From a candidate division FCPU426 bacterium (GTDB lineage: Bacteria; Oederibacteriota; JAAXVQ01; JAUVAV01): a stretch of DNA of 64,000 nucleotides. The translations under genes and the position numbers were made by a program. The notes beneath the pieces are model-generated. The model had not been told where the DNA came from and searched no databases. It saw only the letters and a list, made by a program, of their open reading frames with translations. The DNA lies in the NCBI GenBank assembly GCA_040756875.1, contig JBFLYH010000001.1:256001-320000 (forward strand), read 5' to 3'. Of the stretch, positions 1-9,598 are shown one piece after another (the first letter of the stretch is position 1; every line of letters begins with the position of its first letter).

Positions 1-685
1 CGGGATCAAGCTGCCCGTGGCCGGGCTGGTGAAAACGGGAATCGGCATGTATGACAAAAAACTGTTTTTCATTTCCCTGGCCGACGCCAAGCGCCTGCTG
101 AAAATACAGGACGGCACGACCGAATTGTATGTCCTGACGCAGGAGGAAAAGCAGACCGACGCGGTGGACGCCGCGGTCAAATCCCTCCTGCCCGCGGGGC
201 TGGCCGCCCGGACGTACCAGGAGCAGCTGGGCCCCCTGTTTTCCAGCTTCCACGTCATGCGCATCATGTATATTTTCATCGAAGCCCTGATCCTGTTCCT
301 GGCCTCGTTCGTGGTGATCAACACCATGATGATGGCCATCTTCGAACGGCTCCACGAAGTCGGGACCTTGAAGGCCATCGGCATGACGGACCGCGAGCTG
401 TTCGTCAACTTCACTCTCGAGGGCGCGCTGATCGGCGCGGCCGGCGGCATCCCCGGCGCGCTTGTGGGCTACGGCTTCGTCGCGCTCCTGCATTTTACGG
501 GCGTGAACATGGAGTCGTTCATGAAGTCGGTCGAGATGCCGATCGAATACGTGATGCATCCTTCCATTTCCATCCTGGCCGCGCTGATAGCGGTCGTGCT
601 TTCGATCGTGGTGCCGGCTCTGGCCGCCATGATTCCGGCGCGTTATGCCCGCAAGCTGCAGCCGGCCGAAGCCTTGCGCAAGTAA
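1..685 (+). CDS. ABC transporter permease, LolE/FtsX/MacB-type (5' truncated by window edge)
   Basis: Frame open from the window start; NTMMMAIFERLHEVGTLKAIG motif, three TM segments, C-terminal PARYARKLQPAEALR. Confidence 0.9.
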   Translation, partial: GIKLPVAGLVKTGIGMYDKKLFFISLADAKRLLKIQDGTTELYVLTQEEKQTDAVDAAVKSLLPAGLAARTYQEQLGPLFSSFHVMRIMYIFIEALILFLASFVVINTMMMAIFERLHEVGTLKAIGMTDRELFVNFTLEGALIGAAGGIPGALVGYGFVALLHFTGVNMESFMKSVEMPIEYVMHPSISILAALIAVVLSIVVPALAAMIPARYARKLQPAEALRK

Positions 686-695
686 CCCCGCGACC

Positions 696-1799
696 ATGCC
701 CGAAGACCAGCCGTATCAAGCCGGTTTCCTGGCCGGCCTCATCAAAGCGTTCGGATTATGGACCGCCTGGCGACCCGGCCGGATCGCCGCGCTCCTGGCC
801 CGCCTCTGGCATTTCTGGCTGAGCGCGCGGCGGCGCGCGCGCTGGCAGCGGCGGGAAGGGCTTCAGGTCCCGCCCATCCTGATCCTCAGCGTGACCACGC
901 GCTGCAACCTGACCTGCGCGGGCTGCTACAGCCGGGAGTACGACCAGGAACGGGAACTGACGCTGGAAGAAATGGATTCGCTCTTCCGGCAGGCCAAGGC
1001 CCTGGGCGTGACCTGGGTGGTGCTGACCGGGGGAGAGCCCCTGCAGTGCGAAGGCCTGCTCGACCTGGTCTCCGGGCATCCGCAACTGCTCTTTTTCCTG
1101 TTCAACAACGGCACCTATCTGGACGCTCCCGCGGCGCGGCGGTTGGGACGCATGCGGCACGTGGTTCCCATCCTCAGCGTGGAAGGGGACGAACGCTTGA
1201 CCGACGCCCGCCGCGGTCCGGGCGCTTATGCGCGGGTCATGGAAGCCATGGCTCATTTGCGCCGGGCCGGCGCGTTTTTTGGTTTTTCCTGCATGGCGAC
1301 CCGCGCCAACCTGCCCTTGCTTTCGGCGGACGCGTTTATCGACGAGATGATCCGCCAGGGCTGCCGCTTCGGCTATTTCGTTGGGTTTGTGCCCTCGGCG
1401 CAGGACAGTGACCAGGCCCAGGTGCCGCCGGCCGAGGAGCAAGCCGCGTTCCGCCGCCGGGTCAAAGCCTATCAGGGCGGCAAGCGCATTATTCTCGTGC
1501 AGATGCCCGAAGATGAGTACGAGATCGCCGGATCGTGCATGGCCGCGGGCCGGGGTTTCGTGCACGTCAACGCCCTGGGCCAGGTGGAGCCGTGCCCTTT
1601 CAGCCATTGGGCCAAGGATTCGCTGCGGACAGGATCGCTCAGGCAGGCGCTGGCATCGCCCTGGCTGGCGCGCATCCGGGAGCGCGCGGAGTGGCTGGGG
1701 CCCACGCTCCAGGGCTGCGCCCTGTTCGAGCACCGTGCGGAATTGGAACCGCTGGCGCGCCGGGAAGGCGCGGTTCCCACAGAGCGAAGACGTGCGTAG
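696..1799 (+). CDS. Radical SAM protein with SPASM/Twitch-type C-terminal domain
   Basis: CNLTCAGC (CxxxCxxC), GGEP, C-terminal CMAAGRG...VEPCPF; ATG 696 follows upstream stop. Confidence 0.85.
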   Translation: MPEDQPYQAGFLAGLIKAFGLWTAWRPGRIAALLARLWHFWLSARRRARWQRREGLQVPPILILSVTTRCNLTCAGCYSREYDQERELTLEEMDSLFRQAKALGVTWVVLTGGEPLQCEGLLDLVSGHPQLLFFLFNNGTYLDAPAARRLGRMRHVVPILSVEGDERLTDARRGPGAYARVMEAMAHLRRAGAFFGFSCMATRANLPLLSADAFIDEMIRQGCRFGYFVGFVPSAQDSDQAQVPPAEEQAAFRRRVKAYQGGKRIILVQMPEDEYEIAGSCMAAGRGFVHVNALGQVEPCPFSHWAKDSLRTGSLRQALASPWLARIRERAEWLGPTLQGCALFEHRAELEPLARREGAVPTERRRA

Positions 1800-2778
1800 C
1801 CTGGTGCTTGCGGGATGTGCGGCTGCGTGCCTGGCGGCATGTCCGGCCGCTTTGATGGCTGGGAAACCGGATTTGCAGGGGCGCTCCGAGTACCGCGCCT
1901 TCATGCACAATGGCGTGAAGCGCGGCTACCTGCTGTATCTGCCGCGGGAGGCAGGCAGTCTGCCCTTGCCCCTGGTCATGGCCCTGCACGGCGGAGGAGG
2001 CTCGGCCAGGAAGTGGGCGACGTATACGCAATACGGTTTCGAACGCCTGGCGGATTCAGCCCCGTTCCTGCTGGTGTACCCTGACGGCCTGGAGGGGCAG
2101 TGGAACGATGGCCGCGAAATCGAACAGTCGTACGCCCACCGCACCCGCGTGGATGACGAGGGATTTTTGTCGTCGCTTCTCGAATACTTATGCAACACCC
2201 TGCCCGCTGACCGCAACCGCGTGTTCGTCACCGGCGCTTCCAATGGCGGCATGATGGCGCTCGTGCTGGCCGCCCGGCACGCGGACCAGATCGCGGCCAT
2301 CGCGCCGGTCATCGCCTCGTTTCCCGAGCGTGTCGCAGCCGGCCTCTCACCCGCTGAACCCGTGTCCGTGCTCATGATCAACGGTACGGAGGACCCCCTG
2401 GTGCCATGGGAAGGCGGATTTGTCAGGATCGGCAAACAGACCCGGGACCGGGTCCTTTCCGTCGAACAGACAGTGGCGTTTTGGAGGCGGGCAGATGGTT
2501 GTGTTTCCGAACCTGTGACGAGCGACTGGCCTGATCTCAATCCCCAGGACGGCACCCGCACCCGTCAAACCGTTTATGCCGGCGGCCGGAACGGAACGGA
2601 AGTGTGGCTGATCGCCATCGGGGGCGGCGGCCATACCTGGCCCGGACGCCAGGAATGGCGCGGCCCGCTGCTCAAAATGGTGTTGTCAGGCGTGGTGGGG
2701 CGCAAAGGCCGTGATTTCGACGCGACGGATGTGATCTGGGAGTTTTTCAGGACCCATCCCAAACAGGACCGGCTGTAA
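1792..2778 (+). CDS. Secreted alpha/beta-hydrolase, PHB-depolymerase/LpqP-like esterase
   Basis: Signal-like N-terminus from GTG 1792 overlapping upstream stop; LHGGGG oxyanion loop, GASNGG nucleophile, GTEDP Asp, GHTWPG His. Confidence 0.85.
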   Translation: MRSLVLAGCAAACLAACPAALMAGKPDLQGRSEYRAFMHNGVKRGYLLYLPREAGSLPLPLVMALHGGGGSARKWATYTQYGFERLADSAPFLLVYPDGLEGQWNDGREIEQSYAHRTRVDDEGFLSSLLEYLCNTLPADRNRVFVTGASNGGMMALVLAARHADQIAAIAPVIASFPERVAAGLSPAEPVSVLMINGTEDPLVPWEGGFVRIGKQTRDRVLSVEQTVAFWRRADGCVSEPVTSDWPDLNPQDGTRTRQTVYAGGRNGTEVWLIAIGGGGHTWPGRQEWRGPLLKMVLSGVVGRKGRDFDATDVIWEFFRTHPKQDRL

Positions 2779-2795
2779 ACCGGGCCGGCAGAGAC

Positions 2796-3137
2796 TTATT
2801 TCGGCGCCTCGGCCCGGTAGGCGATGACATTGGCTTTCTCCAGGGTGATGAGCCCTTCGCGCACCATGTCATCGAGGTAGGGCAGAAAGGCCGCGATCTT
2901 TTCCTCGCTGTCCACGATTTCGATGATGATGGGCAGGTCCTCGGACAACCGCAGCAGCTTGGTGGTGTGCAAGTGGCTCTTGCAGCCGAAACCCATGAAG
3001 CCCTTGATGGCCGTGGCCCCGGCCAGTCCGCGCTGGCGCGCCAGGAGCACGAGGGCTTCGTAAAGGGGCTGCCCCTCCCATTTGTCCTGCTCGCCCAGAA
3101 AGATCCGCAGCAGTTGGCCGTTCGTGGGGATTTTCAT
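2796..3137 (-). CDS. DUF190 family (PII-like) protein
   Basis: LLRIFLGE, GLAGAT..KGFMGFG, LSEDLPIIIEIVD; typical neighbour of crcB. Confidence 0.9.
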   Translation of the reverse strand: MKIPTNGQLLRIFLGEQDKWEGQPLYEALVLLARQRGLAGATAIKGFMGFGCKSHLHTTKLLRLSEDLPIIIEIVDSEEKIAAFLPYLDDMVREGLITLEKANVIAYRAEAPK

Positions 3138-3150
3138 GCCGCCTCCTTGG

Positions 3151-3522
3151 TCAGACGAGATCGATCAGCATACGCCCGCCCCGGAACAGCGCAAACCCCA
3201 AGAATACGCTGACCGTTACGTTCAGTAAAGCAGCCAGCCATTCGCCTTCCCGCAGCAGGTTGTCGGTTTCGAAAATAAAGGTGGAGAACGTGGTGAACGC
3301 TCCGCAAAAGCCTATCATCAGCAGGAGCCGGGCGTCCGGCCCCAGCAGGAGCTTGTCCTCGGCCAGGCCGGCCAGCAGGCCGAGCAGAAAGCAGCCGGCG
3401 AGATTGACGGCCAAGGTGCCGTAGGGAAAACCCGCGCCTGCGACCCGGTAGACCGAGCTGGCCAGGAGATAGCGGGCCAGCCCGCCGGCCGCGCTGCCGA
3501 GCAGCAAATGCAGAAATTTCAT
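3151..3522 (-). CDS. crcB: Fluoride channel FluC/CrcB
   Basis: 123 aa, 4 TM; GGLARY, FPYGTLAVNLAG, GFCGAFTTFSTF signature. Confidence 0.95.
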   Translation of the reverse strand: MKFLHLLLGSAAGGLARYLLASSVYRVAGAGFPYGTLAVNLAGCFLLGLLAGLAEDKLLLGPDARLLLMIGFCGAFTTFSTFIFETDNLLREGEWLAALLNVTVSVFLGFALFRGGRMLIDLV

Positions 3523-3526
3523 GCGT

Positions 3527-5485
3527 TCACTTTCCGAACAGGTTTTTCAGCTGTTCCTGCGCTTTTTGCTTGGCCTGGTCTTCGGCCTGCTTTTTTTGCT
3601 GATCCACGGCCTGTTGGGCCGCGGCCTGCTTCTCCTGGACGGCCTTCTGGATGGCCGCGATTTTATCCTGCACGCTGCCTTGGGTCGAAGTGATGTCGCC
3701 CAGGGCCCCGGATTTGGAGAGCCCGTACTGGTCCAGCAGCTCCTTTTGCTTGGCGGCCGCGTATTTGTTGATCTCCGCCATGAGCTTGGCGCGCACCTCG
3801 GCCAGCTTTTCGCCGGCCATGGCTTTGAGCCGGTCGCCCAGCAGCCGGTCCAGGTCCGACGAGAGCGAGAGCTGTAAATCATCGCCCCGGCCTTTCACTT
3901 TGGCCTGCAGGTTCACGCGGTTGACGCCCTGCCACAGTTCGGCCAGCAGTTTCTTGGCTTCGTCCCCGGTCCCTGCCGCCGGCGGCTTCAGGCCCGAAAG
4001 CGCGGCTTGCAAATCCGCCTCCAGCTCATCGCCCTGCAGGGTGAAGCGGCTGGAAAAAGCCACCTGGCCCGCGGCCAGGTTGGGCATATAATCCGACGAG
4101 GGCAGGTGCAGGCTGGAGGCGGCCAGCCCCTGGGCGGAAAGGGCCACGGTGTCCTTGGGCACGTCGGCCGTGTGGTCCAGCACGGCGGTCACGTCGTAGA
4201 CGCGGCCGGACTGGGCGCCTTTGATTTCGGCCTTGGTCGGCAGGCCCAGGAGGCGCGGGTCGGAGGTGATGTTGGTCACCAGGCCCACGAAATCCACCGG
4301 CTCGCCGGTCTTGCCCGGCCCGCCCGTGCTGCCCGTGAGGGAGAGCTTCTGGATCAGGAAGGCCGGGGGCACTTGGGCGAGGGGGAAGCTGACATCCAGG
4401 CCGTGCAGCCGGGGCTGCACGACTTTCTTGTCTTTTTCCTTGCGAGGCGGCATATACCGCCGGGCGGTGTTGGCCAAATCCACGAATTGCCGCACCCGGG
4501 ACAGCCAGAGCGGGCCCACCAGGCTGCGGGTCAGATTTTCAAAGGACAGAGAAGGCAGCTGGAGCTGGCTGGAGAGCGCGGCCAGGTCCTTTTCCTTCCA
4601 CTCGTTCAGCTTTTGCGTCAGCGAGGCGGCCTGGCCGAAGTCAGACTCAGCCTGGGCCTTCAGTTGCTGCAACTGCCCTTGCAGGGCCTGCAGCTCCTGG
4701 ATCTTGCGCTGCGCGGTGTCGATCTTGTCCTTGGCCGCGGCCGCGTCCTGCGCCGAGCGGATTTGCATTCCCTTGAGTTCTTCGAGGGCGGGTTGCACGG
4801 CCTGCACCTTGGCGGCCACATCCAGGTTTTGCAGTTTCTGGCGGTACTGGCCGGCCTTGTTCTGGGCTTCCTGTTTCAAGGCTTCGGCCTGCTTGAGGGT
4901 TTCCAGGTTCTCCGGTTTGACCACGCCCTCCAGGGACAGCGACGAGATCTGGTTCTTCACTTTTTGGATGTTGTCCCAGGCCGGCAGAGCCTGCCATTCG
5001 GTCTCGGCCTGGGTTTCGAGCTTGGCCAGCAGTTTGCCCGTGGGGCTGTCCGCCGGCGCCAGGCGCGCGGCGTAGCTTTTCTGTTTGGCCGGCGGCAGGG
5101 CACCCGAGGTTTTGCGCTCCGTGCCCCAGCGCAGGCCCGTGAGGCTCGCCTCCTCGATGTTCAGTTTCTTGGAGAGCAGGGGCAGGGGCTTGATGGCCAG
5201 CCGGGCGGATTCGAATTCCACCAGGTTGGTCATGGGATTGTCCTTGTTGGCCGCGGCCACGCCCCGCACGGTCAAAGACAGGTCCGACCATTTCAGCTTG
5301 AGGCTGGCGATTTCCACTTTGGCGCCCAGAGCCAGTTCGCCGGCCATGATCAGGCCGCGCTTGAGGAGCGCGTCCAGGAAGAAATAATTGAACGCCAGGA
5401 CCAGGCCGATGACGATGGCCGCCGGCAGGGCGTATTTCCAGCGGATCACTCCGGTTTTCTTGGGTTTGGGTGTCTTGGGTTCCAT
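3527..5485 (-). CDS. TIGR03545 family protein (AsmA-like, N-terminal anchor, coiled coil)
   Basis: GVIRW plus TM, GAKVEI, long helical middle; translationally coupled to TIGR03546-like gene. Confidence 0.75.
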   Translation of the reverse strand: MEPKTPKPKKTGVIRWKYALPAAIVIGLVLAFNYFFLDALLKRGLIMAGELALGAKVEIASLKLKWSDLSLTVRGVAAANKDNPMTNLVEFESARLAIKPLPLLSKKLNIEEASLTGLRWGTERKTSGALPPAKQKSYAARLAPADSPTGKLLAKLETQAETEWQALPAWDNIQKVKNQISSLSLEGVVKPENLETLKQAEALKQEAQNKAGQYRQKLQNLDVAAKVQAVQPALEELKGMQIRSAQDAAAAKDKIDTAQRKIQELQALQGQLQQLKAQAESDFGQAASLTQKLNEWKEKDLAALSSQLQLPSLSFENLTRSLVGPLWLSRVRQFVDLANTARRYMPPRKEKDKKVVQPRLHGLDVSFPLAQVPPAFLIQKLSLTGSTGGPGKTGEPVDFVGLVTNITSDPRLLGLPTKAEIKGAQSGRVYDVTAVLDHTADVPKDTVALSAQGLAASSLHLPSSDYMPNLAAGQVAFSSRFTLQGDELEADLQAALSGLKPPAAGTGDEAKKLLAELWQGVNRVNLQAKVKGRGDDLQLSLSSDLDRLLGDRLKAMAGEKLAEVRAKLMAEINKYAAAKQKELLDQYGLSKSGALGDITSTQGSVQDKIAAIQKAVQEKQAAAQQAVDQQKKQAEDQAKQKAQEQLKNLFGK

Positions 5486-5997
5486 CACAGTTTCTCCTTG
5501 ATGCCCAGGGCCGTATTCAGGCCGCTGAGCCACTTGACCACGCCCACTTTGCCCACGCGCTCCCGCCAGTGGGCGCGGTAATAAAGGATGAAGGCGCGGG
5601 TGAGGAAGATGACCGGGATCACCAGGATCAGCGCCAGCACGAAGCTGCCCAGGACCACAGTGTTGTTGAATCGCGTGAACGGCACGACCGGCAGGTTATA
5701 CAGCGCGGTCCAGAACGGGGTCAGGCTGTCGTTGGAAACCAGCAGGGCGAATCCCAGCTTGTGCGCCACCGGGTCCAGCAGCGCGGCCAGGCCGGAGAAC
5801 AAGGCCGTGGCCACGGTGGCTGAGGCCACGTTCACGTTGAGGAAAAAGAGCAGAATCATCAGGAGGTAATTCTGCGGGCCGTTGAAGGGCGAAAATCCCA
5901 TGAACAAACCAATGGCCACGCCGCCCGCGATTTGCATGGGCGAGTTTTCCGACTGTAAAATGGTGAAAACGCTTTTAACCGCTCGCAGACCGATCAT
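5485..5997 (-). CDS. TIGR03546 (DUF2062-like) membrane protein
   Basis: SPMQIAGG, LDPVAHKLG, LYNLPVVPFTRFNNTVVLGS; GGAGG RBS before ATG 5997. Confidence 0.85.
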   Translation of the reverse strand: MIGLRAVKSVFTILQSENSPMQIAGGVAIGLFMGFSPFNGPQNYLLMILLFFLNVNVASATVATALFSGLAALLDPVAHKLGFALLVSNDSLTPFWTALYNLPVVPFTRFNNTVVLGSFVLALILVIPVIFLTRAFILYYRAHWRERVGKVGVVKWLSGLNTALGIKEKL

Positions 5998-6037
5998 GTC
6001 AGCCTCCGGCTGAGGGGATGGATTTAAAAACGGCGGT

Positions 6038-6066
6038 ATTGTAGCGCCCTTTTCCCGGACTGGCAA
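6038..6066 (-). promoter_or_regulatory. Sigma70-type promoter for the TIGR03546-TIGR03545-crcB-DUF190 operon
   Basis: Minus strand reads TTGCCA-N17-TACAAT. Confidence 0.65.
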
Positions 6067-6102
6067 GGGGGAAGAAAAGGGAACCTGACCGCGGGGGGAC
6101 GC

Positions 6103-6143
6103 TCCACAAGACGCTCGCCCTGATTGTGGAAGTTATATATAAT
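6103..6143 (+). promoter_or_regulatory. Inverted repeat TCCACAA-N14-TTGTGGA plus TATAAT -10 box upstream of HTH-Fic gene
   Basis: Arms 6103-6109 and 6124-6130; TATAAT 6138-6143 lies 6 nt before ATG 6150 with no RBS (possible leaderless mRNA). Confidence 0.45.
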
Positions 6144-6149
6144 GGAAGC

Positions 6150-7031
6150 ATGCTGCCCAGGACCGCCACTGTGAGTGAAACCCTGGTACCGCTCTCTTCC
6201 CGCGACAAACTCCTGGCGCTCGAACAGGCGGGGTTCAAACGCACCCGTCTGGCGCGCCTGGCCGGCGTGGAATACATGACTATTTACCGCTGGTTCACAG
6301 GCGCCAGTGAACCGCGAGCGCGTCTGGGAGGACGCATCGACTCGCTCTATCGCGAGCATATCGACCTGCAGCCCCTGGTCGAGAGTCTGCAGAGGCCGGA
6401 TCTCCTGGAAAAATTGCGGCAGCGCTCCGCGCTCCGGGAACATTTCTTTCTGGAAGCCACCTATCATTCCCTGGCGCTGGCCGGCGCCAAGCTGACATGG
6501 GCCGACACGCGCGAGGCGCTGGCCGGCGTGCTTCCGGCCGGCGCGCTTTCCCCCGGGGCGACGGCGGCGCTGAATCACCGGGAGGCGCTGGCCTGGATGG
6601 TGGAACAGGCGGTGCGGGAATCCGCGCTGGGCGAAGCCCACCTGCTTGAGATGCACGCCACGGCCATGCGCGGCGAGCGGGAAGCGGCGCCGGGCCGTTT
6701 ACGCGGCGCGGCGGACGGGCTGCGGGGCTGGCTGGAAGCGTGCGGCCGTCCTGATTCCCATCCGGCGGGCCGGGCCGTACGCCTGCACCATGCTTTCCTG
6801 CGCCTGCGCCCTTTCCACCGGGGCAACGGCCGGGTCGGGCGCCTGCTGTTGCAGGCGCAGCTGCTCGCGTGCGGATTGCCGCCGGCTTTGATCCGCGTGG
6901 ACAACCAGCGCGAGTACGAATGGGGGCTGAATCAGGCGGATCAGGGGGATTTCAGGTATCTGGAGCGCGTGGTCAACGAGGGCATCTTGCGCGGGCGCCG
7001 CCTGCTGTCGGAGGGGGAGCGCAGTGCCTAG
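6150..7031 (+). CDS. HTH + Fic-domain protein with degenerate catalytic motif
   Basis: N-terminal HTH-like RTRLARLAGVEYMTIYRW; Fic motif reads RPFHRGNGRVGR; start could also be GTG 6171. Confidence 0.8.
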   Translation: MLPRTATVSETLVPLSSRDKLLALEQAGFKRTRLARLAGVEYMTIYRWFTGASEPRARLGGRIDSLYREHIDLQPLVESLQRPDLLEKLRQRSALREHFFLEATYHSLALAGAKLTWADTREALAGVLPAGALSPGATAALNHREALAWMVEQAVRESALGEAHLLEMHATAMRGEREAAPGRLRGAADGLRGWLEACGRPDSHPAGRAVRLHHAFLRLRPFHRGNGRVGRLLLQAQLLACGLPPALIRVDNQREYEWGLNQADQGDFRYLERVVNEGILRGRRLLSEGERSA

Positions 7032-8400
7032 GCGCGCGGGCTGGTATTGGCTGGCAGGCTTGTGGTGGATTGCGGGCGCGGCCTGGGCGGCGGAGCCGGT
7101 GCGCGTGGTGCCCGGGCCCGAAGACCTGCCCCGCGTGTCGCCTGAAATGCGCACGGCCGATTTCTGGATCGGCCGTCTCGAAGCGCCGGACGAAGTGCTG
7201 GTGTCAGCCGGCCAAGCCCAGGCCGAAGCCCGGGCCTGGCAACAGGCCGGTTATTTGATCGATGTCTTTTCGCTGCCGGACCCCGTGCCGCGGGAACTGT
7301 TGCGGGAATGGCTCCGCAGCGACATCCCGTACCTGCGACGCGTCGGACTTTACGGCAGACAGGGTCAGCGCCTGGGCGAGGCGGATTACCGGCGGATCAT
7401 CGACAACCTGGCGCTGGCGAAGGTCAGGGCCGGCACGCCCCTGGCTTTCGGCCTGGCCGTGCGCCGCACGCCCCTGCGCCTGTTTCCCACGGAGGAGACG
7501 GCCACCGCCAAGCCTCTGGATCTGGAATTCAACCAGTTGGTGCATACGGCTTTGCGTTTCGCCGAACCCGTGGCTATCCTGCACGCCAGCCAGGACCAAC
7601 GCTGGTGGTTTGTGGCCGCGGAAGCGGGGCGGGGATGGGTGCTGGCTGAGGACATCGCCCGCGCCCCGGACCCGAAGATGGTGCGCGAGTACGCATTGCG
7701 CGCGAACGTGAAAATCGTGGACCGGACCGCGCGGTTGCGCGGGGATGACGGCGCGCTCTGGACGGAAGCGGTGGAAATGGGCTGCGAACTCGCTCCCGGC
7801 AGTTCGGGCGAGAGCGTGCTGGCGCCCAGGCGGAAAGCGGACGGCGGGTTGTCGTTGGCGCCCGCGCGGGTCGAACCGTCCGAAGCCGCGGCGGCGGGCG
7901 GATGGCCCTGCACCCGCCGCAATCTCCTGATCTTGGCGTTCCGCCTGCTGGACGCACCCTATGGCTGGGGCGGGGAAAGCGGGTTTGGCGACTGCTCGGA
8001 GATCATCCGGCGCATGGGACTGGCCTGCGGCCTGCGCCTGCCGCGCAGCACGGCCGATCTGTCCCGGGCTTTGGCCGGCGAGGAACTGCCCGCCGGGCCG
8101 CGGGCCAAAGCCGCGCGCCTGGCTGCGGCCCGGGGCGGCGCGGACCTGATCCTGCTGCCCGGGCACGTCATGCTGGCAGTGGGAACAGTTGAAGGACGGC
8201 TGTTTGTAGTGCATAATCTTTATGGCATCCAGGCGCGCGACGCGGATGGCGATTTCATCCGGCGTCTGGCGCGTGTGGTGGTCAGCGACCTGTCGCTGGG
8301 CGCAGGCAGCCGCAAAGGTTCATTGGAACAACGTGCCAGCCGGCTGCTGTCGATCAATCGGCAAGGGGATGCCGGGAAACTGAAAACGGATAAGGAATGA
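7024..8400 (+). CDS. Secreted SH3-domain NlpC/P60 cell-wall peptidase
   Basis: Signal peptide AWA; ILHASQDQRWWFV...GWV SH3-like segment; PYGWGG, DCS, LPRS, GHVML, downstream His. Confidence 0.85.
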   Translation: MPRRAGWYWLAGLWWIAGAAWAAEPVRVVPGPEDLPRVSPEMRTADFWIGRLEAPDEVLVSAGQAQAEARAWQQAGYLIDVFSLPDPVPRELLREWLRSDIPYLRRVGLYGRQGQRLGEADYRRIIDNLALAKVRAGTPLAFGLAVRRTPLRLFPTEETATAKPLDLEFNQLVHTALRFAEPVAILHASQDQRWWFVAAEAGRGWVLAEDIARAPDPKMVREYALRANVKIVDRTARLRGDDGALWTEAVEMGCELAPGSSGESVLAPRRKADGGLSLAPARVEPSEAAAAGGWPCTRRNLLILAFRLLDAPYGWGGESGFGDCSEIIRRMGLACGLRLPRSTADLSRALAGEELPAGPRAKAARLAAARGGADLILLPGHVMLAVGTVEGRLFVVHNLYGIQARDADGDFIRRLARVVVSDLSLGAGSRKGSLEQRASRLLSINRQGDAGKLKTDKE

Positions 8401-8466
8401 CTGAAAACGGAAAGCAAACATTCGCGTTTCTGGACGTTTTCGGCTTTCCCGACCGGAGGCTGGGGC

Positions 8467-9015
8467 ATGTTTGACTGGTTGATGAGGCGCGCGGGCGGAA
8501 AGATGCTGCTCCTGGCTGTGGGGCTGATCGCCGCGCTGTGGGGCGCTGGCTTGGCCTGGGTGGCTTCCTCGCCGTTGATACGCGTGATCGTAAGCCGGTT
8601 GCCGGAACTGCACTGGAACAGGGATGCCGTCTACTTTTTCGAGACCATCGTGGTCTACGAACAGCACCGTGCTTCTATTTGGCTGCTGTACGGCCTGGAC
8701 AGCGTCGCGGCCGCCGGGATTTTTCTCTTTTTCGCCGCTTGGTTGGGGTGGGCGCTGCGGCGCGGGCAGGCAGGCCCCGCCGGCCCGGCCTGGGTGCTGA
8801 CCCTCCCGTTTCTGGCGTTGGTTGGCGATTGGTGGGAAAACAGCTTCGTGCTGTTTTTCATTTCGCTCTATCCCACGCCCCTCATTATCCAGCTGTTTCC
8901 TTTGTTCCGCTTCGTCATGCTCGCCCATTTTGCTTTGTTGGCTTTGAGCGGCCTGGCCGTCCTGGCGGCCGCAGGCGTGTGGGGGCTGCGGAAAATTATC
9001 GGAACCAAATCCTGA
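8467..9015 (+). CDS. Hypothetical membrane protein (about 4 TM)
   Basis: Hydrophobic segments, GDWWEN motif, GGAGG upstream. Confidence 0.65.
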   Translation: MFDWLMRRAGGKMLLLAVGLIAALWGAGLAWVASSPLIRVIVSRLPELHWNRDAVYFFETIVVYEQHRASIWLLYGLDSVAAAGIFLFFAAWLGWALRRGQAGPAGPAWVLTLPFLALVGDWWENSFVLFFISLYPTPLIIQLFPLFRFVMLAHFALLALSGLAVLAAAGVWGLRKIIGTKS

Positions 9016-9022
9016 CGGCTGG

Positions 9023-9595
9023 TCAGCGCCCGGTGCGTCGTTCCTGGGCGCGCAGGTAGAGCACTGCACCGGCGACTTGCGCGGCCAGCAGCAACAGGCC
9101 CGCGGCCAAAAAACCACCCTGGCCGAGCAGGGCGAGCACCAGCGACAACAAAGCCGCGTTCAGGGCGGCGATGGCGTACATGAGGAATGACTGGGAACTG
9201 AGCCAGTTGAAGTAGCGCGGATAAGCGGCGTCGGTGTACATGCCGCTCTGGTTGCGGAACCCCAGGGGTTTCATGTCCAGGAAAAGCCGGCGCTGCTCGT
9301 TGAGGTAGCGCATGCAGCCCACGAAGTAGACCCGGTTGCGCACCACCAGCCCGAACAAACCCAGGCCGAAACACAAGGCGATCAGAAAACCGGCCACAAT
9401 GGCCAGGGTCAGGTCTACGTGTTTCTCCACCGCGAATTCGAAGAGGCCGATGCCACCGCCGGCGATCACCGTGAAGAAAGTGGCCAGGAATTTGAAAATG
9501 TCCACGCTCTGGGAATCATAGTGGCGGGCCTGTTCGAAACACCGGTCGAAATCCGCCTGTAAAAATTTAAGCCCTGCGTCCGCGTTTTTAGCCAT
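9023..9595 (-). CDS. Hypothetical membrane protein (about 4 TM)
   Basis: Amphipathic N-helix, TM hairpin, R..Y..YLNEQRR helix, second TM hairpin; 3 nt after upstream stop. Confidence 0.7.
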   Translation of the reverse strand: MAKNADAGLKFLQADFDRCFEQARHYDSQSVDIFKFLATFFTVIAGGGIGLFEFAVEKHVDLTLAIVAGFLIALCFGLGLFGLVVRNRVYFVGCMRYLNEQRRLFLDMKPLGFRNQSGMYTDAAYPRYFNWLSSQSFLMYAIAALNAALLSLVLALLGQGGFLAAGLLLLAAQVAGAVLYLRAQERRTGR

Positions 9596-9598
9596 TGG

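Noticed and set aside
6103-6130. DnaA boxes / replication origin
   Set aside because: Only partial TCCACA matches, two copies, no AT-rich unwinding region or dnaA context
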